A DNA stretch of 64,000 nucleotides from Candidatus Saccharimonadia bacterium (GTDB lineage Bacteria > Patescibacteriota > Saccharimonadia > UBA4664): contig DASXHH010000008.1 of the NCBI GenBank assembly GCA_036488585.1, positions 3,069 through 67,068 on the forward strand, read 5' to 3'. The stretch's first letter is position 1, and the number at the start of each line of letters is the position of its first letter. The notes beneath the pieces are model-generated. The model was not told the DNA's origin and searched no databases. It saw only the letters and a list, made by a program, of their open reading frames with translations. The position numbers were made by a program, and so were the translations under genes. This document shows positions 18,473 to 26,402 of this stretch, one piece after another.

Positions 18473-19756
18473 CTAGAAGTTACCTGCTCCCACAACTGTG
18501 AGGGTGTCGGTGTAGTCCGTAGCGGCTGGCACGTCCACCGTGATGGCTGCGCGTTCCTTGATGCTGATGGCACCACCGTTCGATGTTCCGCCAGGACAGC
18601 TCGCAATTTGCTGGAAGTTAGCGGTCATGGCGCCGGCATACTGGTCGTGCGCTGCTGGAGTGCCATCCAGGGTGCCGGTATTGTATTCCGGTGCCACCGC
18701 GATGGTACAGTGACCACCAGCTGAGGCTTGTGAAACTGACATGCCGTACAGTGGTGCAGTTGGAAAGTTCGGAGATGTAGCGTTGCTGTCGAGGTCCGTC
18801 GGCGCTCCGGTGTTCCAGGGGACCGAGGGTATGTTGGCGTTTGCGGCTACACCACCTGCCGAAGCCGATATCAAGCCATTGGTATTGTTAGCGCTCTTCG
18901 ACCATATCACCCAACCATTCTTGGCGTTGGTGTGGACCGTGGCGTTAACACCGCCCGAAGTGTTCACTACCTGGTAGTTCAAGTTACCAGCCGCCGGAAT
19001 GCTATCAGTGGTCGCACTCAGGTCGAATTGGAACAGCGGGGGCACGATGGCGTTTACAACGATCTGGTCTTTGCTCAAGGGGGTAGCCCCACCGGTGTCA
19101 TCCGAGATCTGCGTGGCCCAGTTGGTGCGCATTATGACGTTACCAGAGCCGGGAGTACCAGCAGTACCGGTGTTGTCGTAGGTGGCAATGTAGCCCGGGG
19201 TCGACTCGTCAAATCCAGCCGTGTCAGGCAGGGTCAGCGCCGCGCCAAAATCGAAGCAGTAAACTTTGTTGGCTGCCAGAGCGGTTGAATCGAACCGCAC
19301 GATTTTGTTCGTCGCATCCACACTATGGGCGTGCGCTGCAATCGAGGTCACACCGGGCCAGTCAGCCGCACCCGACGTGTAGTATAAAGACGTAGTTCCA
19401 TTCGGGGCATCCAAAGCGTCCGGGTCGGCAAAGGTCGTAGTACCGTTAGCGCTATGGGTCGTCACCGTCCAGTTGGTCGTCGTGGCGTTCAGGGTAAAGT
19501 TAGTGGTGGTCACGGTTGCCTGAACGGGGAAACCGATATCGACATAGGTTTCACCGCCTACGCCACTCGCTGGAGTCTTCACGCACACCGTACCGCCAGT
19601 CACCGAGTTCTTGTGTAGCCGGTTTAACCTCACAAGACCTGATGCAAACTGCGGCGTAGCAGCAAAGGCTGGAATTGCAGGCATTGAGGCCGAGACTATC
19701 AGCGACGCTATGGCCGAGATGATCAGTTGTCTTGATGTTGGCTTGAGTATTTTCAT
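18473..19756 (-). CDS. Secreted protein with WxL-like C-terminal region (…ATDYTDTLTVVGAGNF), paralog B
   Basis: Signal peptide (LIISAIASLIVSASMPAIPAFA). Same domain order and C-terminal tail as paralog A. Confidence 0.5.
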   Translation of the reverse strand: MKILKPTSRQLIISAIASLIVSASMPAIPAFAATPQFASGLVRLNRLHKNSVTGGTVCVKTPASGVGGETYVDIGFPVQATVTTTNFTLNATTTNWTVTTHSANGTTTFADPDALDAPNGTTSLYYTSGAADWPGVTSIAAHAHSVDATNKIVRFDSTALAANKVYCFDFGAALTLPDTAGFDESTPGYIATYDNTGTAGTPGSGNVIMRTNWATQISDDTGGATPLSKDQIVVNAIVPPLFQFDLSATTDSIPAAGNLNYQVVNTSGGVNATVHTNAKNGWVIWSKSANNTNGLISASAGGVAANANIPSVPWNTGAPTDLDSNATSPNFPTAPLYGMSVSQASAGGHCTIAVAPEYNTGTLDGTPAAHDQYAGAMTANFQQIASCPGGTSNGGAISIKERAAITVDVPAATDYTDTLTVVGAGNF

Positions 19757-19886
19757 TCTTTTCTGTGTGTTGATAACTTTTTGGTTTTGTTAACTCTTAA
19801 GCTTAAGTCTAACCAGCACCATCATAAGTGTCAACAACTTTTACAACAGTTTTTTCCACAACACCAGAAGAAACGCGAGCTTAAGC

Positions 19887-20945
19887 TCAATATGCGCCCG
19901 CCGCCACCACCGTCATCAAATCTGTATAGTCAGCTGAGGCCGGCGTGAGTGAGTTGCTCTTGGCCAACATATCCACCGATCCGCGCCCACCATGAATCGG
20001 GCCGGGCGTAATAAAGAGTTCCTGCAAATGCTGGTACACCGCGCCAATATTGGTTCCGCTCAGTCCGTACAAGCTGGCGACCGACAGTGGACCGCCCGAA
20101 GTCTGGGTCGCCGACACACCCTGCTGGCCGTAGCCTTCAGTCTGACTCGCCAGATCGCCCGCTACCGATGCGATCATATGCCCGGTAGAGCCGCTCAACA
20201 GGCCACCATTTTGGCCACCATCATAAACCATGGCACCGTTGTCGGCATTGGTCGCCAAACTCACCCAGAGCTTGTTGGTAGCTGTGATTACCGAACCCGC
20301 CAGCAAATCTCCAAAGTTTATCTGATACGGCGGGCTTGTAGAGGTATCTGTCGCCGCGGTATCGATATCAAAGGTTAAATATGGATCGACGGTCGATGCC
20401 GAAGACAGCGGTCCATAATCCGTCTCCGTAAACGACCCATGAATCGCCTTAGCCTTCACACTGTAAACCGTACTCCGGTTTAGCCCCCTCAGCATTGCGC
20501 CAGTGGCACCACCCCAAGCCGCGTAGGTCAGATAATCCGCCCCCGTCAGTGTCGACCCCACGGTGAAATCACTCTTCACATACTGGGTGGTGGTAAAGTT
20601 ATCGGTCGAAATAGCCACCGCAAACTTTGCATCCGACGGGTTATTTTGAGGATCAATTATGACTTTAAGCTTGTCATACCACTCAGCATCATTCGAAATC
20701 GTAATTATTGGCACGTTGGCTTGTTTCACGTAATTCTCACCTGCTCCCACCTTGTAATGCGCGCTACTGCCAGATCCTGCCTGCTCGCCGGTTAACCCGT
20801 TCACTCGATAATTCGCCGAGGCCGAGTTGCTTGTGCCGCCACCCCCAAACCCATAAGAATTAAGTTTGAAATTACTACTTGCCGGCAACGACGCTAACAG
20901 CAACAAGCTAACGTTTATCAGTGCCCCTTTCATCCCTGCCACCAC
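19887..20945 (-). CDS. Secreted protein with WxL-like C-terminal region (NKLWVSL…ADYTDLMTVVAAGAY), paralog C
   Basis: Signal peptide (LINVSLLLLASLPASS). N-terminal Gly/Ser-rich SANY/SSNY repeats like the 294-1175 protein. Related C-terminal tail. 5' end overlaps the upstream gene by 16 nt. Confidence 0.45.
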   Translation of the reverse strand: MVAGMKGALINVSLLLLASLPASSNFKLNSYGFGGGGTSNSASANYRVNGLTGEQAGSGSSAHYKVGAGENYVKQANVPIITISNDAEWYDKLKVIIDPQNNPSDAKFAVAISTDNFTTTQYVKSDFTVGSTLTGADYLTYAAWGGATGAMLRGLNRSTVYSVKAKAIHGSFTETDYGPLSSASTVDPYLTFDIDTAATDTSTSPPYQINFGDLLAGSVITATNKLWVSLATNADNGAMVYDGGQNGGLLSGSTGHMIASVAGDLASQTEGYGQQGVSATQTSGGPLSVASLYGLSGTNIGAVYQHLQELFITPGPIHGGRGSVDMLAKSNSLTPASADYTDLMTVVAAGAY

Positions 20946-21670
20946 AGACTATCCTGTACCGTCCTGAGGTAGCCCGCCAAGTCACCACCCGAGGTACTTG
21001 TCACTGCCACGGTCACTAGCATCCCAGCATGCGCCCAATACAGAGTGTGCTCCGAGCCATCCTTCTTCACCATTATCTCGGCTGGCTCACCCAGTACCTT
21101 GGTCGGACTCGCGGGTTCATAATCCTTGCTCACAGCTGTCCGCCACAGGTACCCCGAATCATCCTGCAACTGACCACTGGGCAATTTCGACACCGTCACC
21201 GCGATCTGTGCACCCGACCCATCATGTTGAAGCAGAACGTAGCCCTCGAGGCCGGCCTTAATATCCCGCACCGGCCGCGAATCGCTAAACGTCTGCGGAT
21301 ACGAAAACGAGATGTGCAAGCCTTTAATCGACGGCAGTACCGACGATGACGGCGCAATACTGGCCTTAGCCTCACCCAACACTTTGCTTTGATCCGGCCC
21401 AGCTGATACCGCACCGTTCACAAAATTTAGTAGAAACACGATGCAAAACCCAAACACCGCCCCCACCACCCCCAGCGTCACCCACACTCCTGGCCGCCAC
21501 AGCCGCCGCCGGCGGCCCTCACCCTCCTCGACTTCAGCCTCAGCCACTTCCCGATTATGGCCATCCTCCGGCTCCTTACCCTCCGCCACCGTCTTCACGA
21601 AATGCTCGGGAGTCACACCGTGCAACTCCGCCAGATGGTGCACCATCTTCCGCATCTCATCATCGGTCAT
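20930..21670 (-). CDS. Single-pass membrane protein with an acidic cytoplasmic N-domain and an extracellular C-domain (anti-sigma-factor-like topology); hypothetical
   Basis: MTDDEMRKMVHHLAELHGVTPEHF…EVEEGEGRRRR, then a TM (WVTLGVVGAVFGFCIVFLL), then a ~150-aa outside domain. Function not recognisable. Confidence 0.45.
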   Translation of the reverse strand: MTDDEMRKMVHHLAELHGVTPEHFVKTVAEGKEPEDGHNREVAEAEVEEGEGRRRRLWRPGVWVTLGVVGAVFGFCIVFLLNFVNGAVSAGPDQSKVLGEAKASIAPSSSVLPSIKGLHISFSYPQTFSDSRPVRDIKAGLEGYVLLQHDGSGAQIAVTVSKLPSGQLQDDSGYLWRTAVSKDYEPASPTKVLGEPAEIMVKKDGSEHTLYWAHAGMLVTVAVTSTSGGDLAGYLRTVQDSLWWQG

Positions 21671-22680
21671 GCCAGCGCCGCCAATCGTTTCTCCATAATG
21701 TGCTTCTCACGCCGCTCGCCCAGCCAGAATGAAATAATCATCAGAAGCAACACGATCCAAATCGGCCAGATTACAATCAGCTTATTAAGCGCGCTGTTAT
21801 TGTTGCTCGCGCCACTGCCCGAGGTGGTCGCCCCCTTAGCTGGATTCACAATCGTGGTCAGCTGTAGGTACGCCGTATGACCAGCCCCATCGGTCGCCCG
21901 AATAATCAGCGGAAACGTGTTCAAATATCCGGTCCCAACCTTCTGATACGTATGCTTCACCGTAAACGGCCCCGGCGCCAGGCGCGTAATAAGATCGGTC
22001 GTGCCATCACCCCAATCAACGCTCACCGCGTACGGCGCCTGTCCGCCCACGATCTCTATCGGCCACGTAATTTCCTGCCCCGGCGTCGTCCCCCGGTAGT
22101 AGTTCTCAGACTGCAGCAACAGCTCCGTCGAAAATCCTGGACCACCCGGTGGCTCATTCAGCGTCACGGTAACAGTGTTACCTGTTGGTCCCTGTTGATC
22201 GATAGTGTTAAACGGCAGCGCCGTCAGATCATTGCGCCCAATCACCAAGTCCACCGGCACCGTAAAGTGTCCGCTCGCACTACAAATCACACTGCCCACC
22301 AGAATCCCGTTGGTGAACACCTTAATCAGAGCTCCTGCCGGACAGGTTCCCGTCACCGTCACTGGGTTCGTGCTAAAGCTCTGCCCACCCGTCGGTGACG
22401 TAATAATCGCTGGCTTGCTCGGCCGCGGCGGTGGTACCACCGCATTAACGTTAATGTTATTGTCCGCGCAGGCGTTGTGGACCCCCGGGTTGATCGGCGA
22501 ATTCTGGTTGTCTTGTTCGCTACATAGTACGGACGGATCCACCGCCAGCGCCGACCGGGTAATGCTGCCCAAAAACAACCCCGCCACCAGCAACATAAAC
22601 ACTAGTAACGCATACGACGTGTCGCGATGATCCGACAACCGCCCACTTAATTTGTGGTTCAACCTCGGAAACACAAGCAT
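21667..22680 (-). CDS. Membrane-anchored PKD-domain protein (N-terminal anchor, PKD-like domain, C-terminal TM)
   Basis: VDWGDGTTDLITRLAPGPFTVKHTYQKVGTGY fits the PKD signature (WDFGDG…HTY). N-terminal TM (ALLVFMLLVAGLFLGSI) and C-terminal TM (LIVIWPIWIVLLLMIISFWL). 4-nt overlap with the downstream gene. Confidence 0.55.
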   Translation of the reverse strand: MLVFPRLNHKLSGRLSDHRDTSYALLVFMLLVAGLFLGSITRSALAVDPSVLCSEQDNQNSPINPGVHNACADNNINVNAVVPPPRPSKPAIITSPTGGQSFSTNPVTVTGTCPAGALIKVFTNGILVGSVICSASGHFTVPVDLVIGRNDLTALPFNTIDQQGPTGNTVTVTLNEPPGGPGFSTELLLQSENYYRGTTPGQEITWPIEIVGGQAPYAVSVDWGDGTTDLITRLAPGPFTVKHTYQKVGTGYLNTFPLIIRATDGAGHTAYLQLTTIVNPAKGATTSGSGASNNNSALNKLIVIWPIWIVLLLMIISFWLGERREKHIMEKRLAALA

Positions 22681-22713
22681 TATCTGGATACTAACACAAT
22701 TAGATCACGCCCA

Positions 22714-23256
22714 CTACTCGCTCGAAAGCGTACCGTAACCCTCGATAATCATCACTTCTTGCACTGCCATATCAGCCGCCTGATCCACCCCCGCACAAGC
22801 ACTCGCAGGAGTTTCGTACACATAGTCATAACCGCCAAACGAGCCTTTCAGTATCCCCTGCCGTTCTGCCAACTTAGCGCCGGCACTACCCGTAGCTAGT
22901 CTCACCAACGCCCCTGCCGCGTTCTGTCCAGCAGAGCACTTTGAACCGTAATGTTCGAGCGCCGCCGTTGAAAGTCCTATGCTATCCGACCCTTCTACCG
23001 CGTACTCCAGCAAGGATGAGCCTGTTCCCAGTGGCAGCGATAGCTGTACACCCCAATCCTTAATGTCCACCCGTTGCATCGCGTTTCCCACCACCATCGC
23101 CGAAGCCTCGCGCGCATTCAGCTCCTCCGCCGCCACTTGATGAAATTGATCAAACACAGACGCTGCCACCGTAAACACCAGTGCCACCCCCAATGACAGC
23201 GCCAACGCCGAACCCAAACTCTGCACAGCCGCCAAAGATTTACCCGACGATTCCAT
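22714..23256 (-). CDS. Secreted/anchored hypothetical protein (180 aa), first gene of the minus-strand surface run
   Basis: Signal anchor (LGSALALSLGVALVFTVAASV). No recognisable domain. Confidence 0.4.
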   Translation of the reverse strand: MESSGKSLAAVQSLGSALALSLGVALVFTVAASVFDQFHQVAAEELNAREASAMVVGNAMQRVDIKDWGVQLSLPLGTGSSLLEYAVEGSDSIGLSTAALEHYGSKCSAGQNAAGALVRLATGSAGAKLAERQGILKGSFGGYDYVYETPASACAGVDQAADMAVQEVMIIEGYGTLSSE

Positions 23257-23374
23257 CTATCGGACCTCACATACCTATATATCAAGCTTATGCTTCACAG
23301 TGGTTCGAGTCAATTGCTCCAGCCAACCACAAGCGGTATGATACAAAAGACTAATTGTGTGAGCGCAGTTTCTG

Positions 23375-24439
23375 ATGGCCGACGAGCCCAAACCCAAAGA
23401 AAACGCCAAAAACGGCCAAACCGAGGCCCCATCTTCGGCCGCCCTGTCCCCCGCGCCCACCGTCGTGGCCGGCGACAGCACCAAACCGGCCGCCGACCCC
23501 AACAGCCGCATCCAGGCCGAGCCGCTGTCCGACGGCACCGTCCCTACCGTGCTCACGCCTGGCCAAACCCACCACTCGGTAGCCAAGAGCAAAGCTTCGC
23601 TCACCACCATCTACCGCAAGGCCGACATCATGACCACCCTACTCACTTTTGGCGGCGCCGTGGTGGCCGGAGCCATCATCATTGGCGGCTACATCTACTT
23701 CACCAAGAGTAGAGCCCCAACCCCAACGGCTACTCCCAAGGTCACCAACCTTAGCCAGTCCGACCTCTCCAAGCTCCAGACCTTCTTCCAGGGCAACTCC
23801 GCCGGCAGCTCAGCTGAGGTCCTCACCATTAGTTCATCCTCGCTTTTCAAAAACCGCGTCGCCGTCAGCTCCGACCTCAAAGTCACCGGCGGAGTCTCAG
23901 TCGACGGCACCACCAATCTTGGCGACCTCAATGTCGACAAAACCTCCACGCTTGGCGTAGTTAACACTCGTGGCCAACTCACCGTAGGCGGCCCGCTCAC
24001 CGTCCAATCCCCCGCTCTCTTCAACGCCGGCGCTTCGTATAAAGGCAGCATCTCGGCCACCGGCAACGGTTCCTTCGGCGGCTCACTTTCGGCCGGCAGC
24101 ATTAGTGTCGGCACCCTGTCCGTTACACAGCTCAACATCAACGGCCACTTCAGTCTTGGCGGTCAGGCCCCTTCGGCCTCAAACGGCCAAATCGGCGTCG
24201 AGAGCAACGACTCGGCCGGCTCTGTCACCGGCGTCACCGGCTCTGCCCCCGGAGACCTCGTTACCATCACCTTCCACACCGCCTTCCCGGTTGTGCCCAC
24301 CATTATCATCACGCCCGTCGGCGCCAACAGCGCCAAGGCCATGCCTTACCTTACAAACCTCACTGCCTCCAGTTTCACCATTGGGGCAGCCGGCACCGCC
24401 ACCGGTCCCTTCAGCTTCAATTATTGGGTCATCCAGTAG
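23375..24439 (+). CDS. Membrane-anchored beta-helix-repeat protein with a C-terminal H-type-lectin-like domain (paralog of 1244-2149)
   Basis: TM (TLLTFGGAVVAGAIIIGGYIYF). Repeats LKVTGGVSVDGTTNLGDLNVDKTSTLGVVNTRGQLTVGGPLTV. C-terminal VTITFHTAFPVVPTIIITPVG…LTASSFTIG…FSFNYWVIQ aligns by eye to the HPA H-type lectin core ([22 protein letters not shown]…SPTGFKAS…SISWISIE). Confidence 0.55.
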   Translation: MADEPKPKENAKNGQTEAPSSAALSPAPTVVAGDSTKPAADPNSRIQAEPLSDGTVPTVLTPGQTHHSVAKSKASLTTIYRKADIMTTLLTFGGAVVAGAIIIGGYIYFTKSRAPTPTATPKVTNLSQSDLSKLQTFFQGNSAGSSAEVLTISSSSLFKNRVAVSSDLKVTGGVSVDGTTNLGDLNVDKTSTLGVVNTRGQLTVGGPLTVQSPALFNAGASYKGSISATGNGSFGGSLSAGSISVGTLSVTQLNINGHFSLGGQAPSASNGQIGVESNDSAGSVTGVTGSAPGDLVTITFHTAFPVVPTIIITPVGANSAKAMPYLTNLTASSFTIGAAGTATGPFSFNYWVIQ

Positions 24440-24694
24440 TAATTAGCGCGAAACTGATTCGACTTGAGCAGCCGGCTGGTGCGCATTCGCATGCGCCGCA
24501 CCGCTAAGAGCCGGGCCAAACAACTCTGCCGCCAGGGCTGCCAGCACGACCACAACATATTTCAGTTTTGATTTCTGCATTTGCATTTTTATGTTAGTCA
24601 CTGTCTTCCCGTAGCCTAACGGAATATACTTTCGGCTGTCAAATAATGACGGCGCCAGTTCAGGCCCCCGGTCTCTTCACTCCACCATCAAAAA

Positions 24695-24719
24695 AATAGG
24701 CCCGGAGGCCTATTTTTTT
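24695..24719. terminator. Bidirectional rho-independent terminator; overlaps the rplU stop codon and lies downstream of 23375-24439
   Basis: aataggcc(cgga)ggcctatt hairpin flanked by A6 on one side and T7 on the other. Confidence 0.65.
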
Positions 24720-25017
24720 AACCGATCTTGGTGATCGTCACTTGAGCGTAGTGCTGACGATGGCCGGTAAGTCGCTTAATGCGCTTCTTGGGCTTGAACT
24801 TCAGTACTTTAATCTTCTCGCCCTTCACCTCTTCCACCAACTCAGCGGTCACCTTCAGATCCTTCACGAATGGCGCGCCCACCTGCACCTTATCGCCGTC
24901 AATCAAGAGCAGCACATCAAACTCAACCTTCTTGACATCGCCCAGCAACTCGAGCTCGAGCGTCTGGTCTTTCTCTACCATGTACTGCTTCCCGCCGGAA
25001 GCGATCACTGCTTGCAT
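24718..25017 (-). CDS. rplU: 50S ribosomal protein L21 (bL21)
   Basis: MQAVIASGGKQYMVEKDQTLELE…KKRIKRLTGHRQHYAQVTITKI is a canonical L21 sequence. Confidence 0.85.
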   Translation of the reverse strand: MQAVIASGGKQYMVEKDQTLELELLGDVKKVEFDVLLLIDGDKVQVGAPFVKDLKVTAELVEEVKGEKIKVLKFKPKKRIKRLTGHRQHYAQVTITKIG

Positions 25018-25169
25018 TATTCAAAGCCCCTTTCGTGCCCGTACGTTCTTTGCGCCCGGGCGTGCTTTCATTAAAAACTTGCGTAACCACGAGATAATAA
25101 CAGATTCGGGGTCCGAATGCAACCAATCAGGCTGCACTCGGACCCACTTCGTTCACGCCATAGGCGTCC

Positions 25170-25787
25170 TTACACCACCCCACGCTGCCTGAGGCGAACC
25201 GCCAGCTCACGCATGAGTTGAATCTTCTTGAGACCGACATTGCGAGCATCTAGGCAGTCGTGCCAGAATGCCCCGGCTCGAGCAGATTCCGCCAGTTCCA
25301 CGAACGCGGTCAGGTCAAAGGCGCCGCCTTCGGTCCATACCTGGTACTTTCCGCTAACGTTGGCGTCCTTCTTCACGTGATCGAGCCCCGAGGCTGTCAC
25401 CGGCGCATTTTCGTCGCCCAAGGCCTCCAGGAACGCTGTGAGGGCACCCCGTTCCTCGAACTCCGGGAATAGCGCATGCCCGTCCTCTGGTCGCCGGACC
25501 ACCGCTGTGCTAAGATCGGCCTTCTCGCCGGGCCCGGCAGCGCTGCCCGTAGTAGCCGGCACCACCAGCCTAATATTGCGTCCGGCGGTCATTGCCTCCC
25601 AGAACGTCTGGTAGAGACCATCTCCGAACGAAACTTTGACACCCGTCACGGTGATGGTCGCGTGCTCCCGCACGGCCGCCATCATCGCGGCCACCGCTGG
25701 ATCATTGGGGTCACCCTCGATCACCAGCTCGGCGTCGAGTCGAACACTAGCCTCCATGCTATACCACCCCTCGTTGCCGGCAGGCAA
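25170..25787 (-). CDS. Hypothetical protein, tandem paralog 2 (C-terminus …LRQRGVV)
   Basis: Shares N-terminal (…AAVREHATITVTG vs …AAAEHQAILTA) and C-terminal (RQRGVV) features with the overlapping upstream ORF. Confidence 0.45.
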   Translation of the reverse strand: MPAGNEGWYSMEASVRLDAELVIEGDPNDPAVAAMMAAVREHATITVTGVKVSFGDGLYQTFWEAMTAGRNIRLVVPATTGSAAGPGEKADLSTAVVRRPEDGHALFPEFEERGALTAFLEALGDENAPVTASGLDHVKKDANVSGKYQVWTEGGAFDLTAFVELAESARAGAFWHDCLDARNVGLKKIQLMRELAVRLRQRGVV

Positions 25788-26349
25788 TTACGAAATGACG
25801 CAGACACTGCGCTCGTAGCTCGCCCATGTCATGTATGCGGTAGATCGCCGCCAGAATGAGCGAGTTATCAGGTTCCGTGAGCAGGTCGTAGAGCAGGGTC
25901 AAGTTCAGTCCCCGCTCGTTGTCCCAGAGCTGCGATTGGTACGGCTCGCCAATGAATGCGAGTTTCCGCAGCGCCACTGAGGTCTGCTGGACGTTCCGGT
26001 TTGTCACCGCCCGAATCAGGCGCTGCAGCCGATCTGCCCGCTTTACCTCCAGGTACACCTTGTCCTCGTGTGTCGTGACGTACTCGGCGATCACCTGGCG
26101 ATCTTGGGCTTCCAGCTCGCCCAGCATACGGTCGAAGTCCAACCTCATCCGAAGGCCAGCCGTGGCGACATACTGGTCCCACCGTTCCTGCATCTCAGGA
26201 TTATCGGGAAACAGCAGTGCCAATATCGGCGCCGTGAGTATTGCCTGGTGTTCGGCTGCAGCCCGCAGCATCTCCTCCATTGTCGGATCTGCGCCCTCGT
26301 GCACCGAGATATTCAGTATCCCGGTGACCTGTATTTGCGTACTACCCAT
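25759..26349 (-). CDS. Hypothetical protein, tandem paralog 1 (C-terminus …CRQRGVV)
   Basis: 196-aa ORF overlapping paralog 2 by 29 nt. No recognisable domain. Confidence 0.45.
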   Translation of the reverse strand: MGSTQIQVTGILNISVHEGADPTMEEMLRAAAEHQAILTAPILALLFPDNPEMQERWDQYVATAGLRMRLDFDRMLGELEAQDRQVIAEYVTTHEDKVYLEVKRADRLQRLIRAVTNRNVQQTSVALRKLAFIGEPYQSQLWDNERGLNLTLLYDLLTEPDNSLILAAIYRIHDMGELRAQCLRHFVIACRQRGVV

Positions 26350-26402
26350 TCGTTTCTCCTCGCTAGATCGTAGCGAATGGATCGTGCCAAATTGTACCTC
26401 TT

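Noticed and set aside
24440-24717. Possible tRNA in the gap before the rplU terminator (…ccgtagcctaacggaat…ctccacca)
   Set aside because: No consistent acceptor/T-arm (GTTCRANYC) or D-arm pairing could be built on either strand. I treat it as ordinary intergenic sequence, though I did not run a formal tRNA scan.
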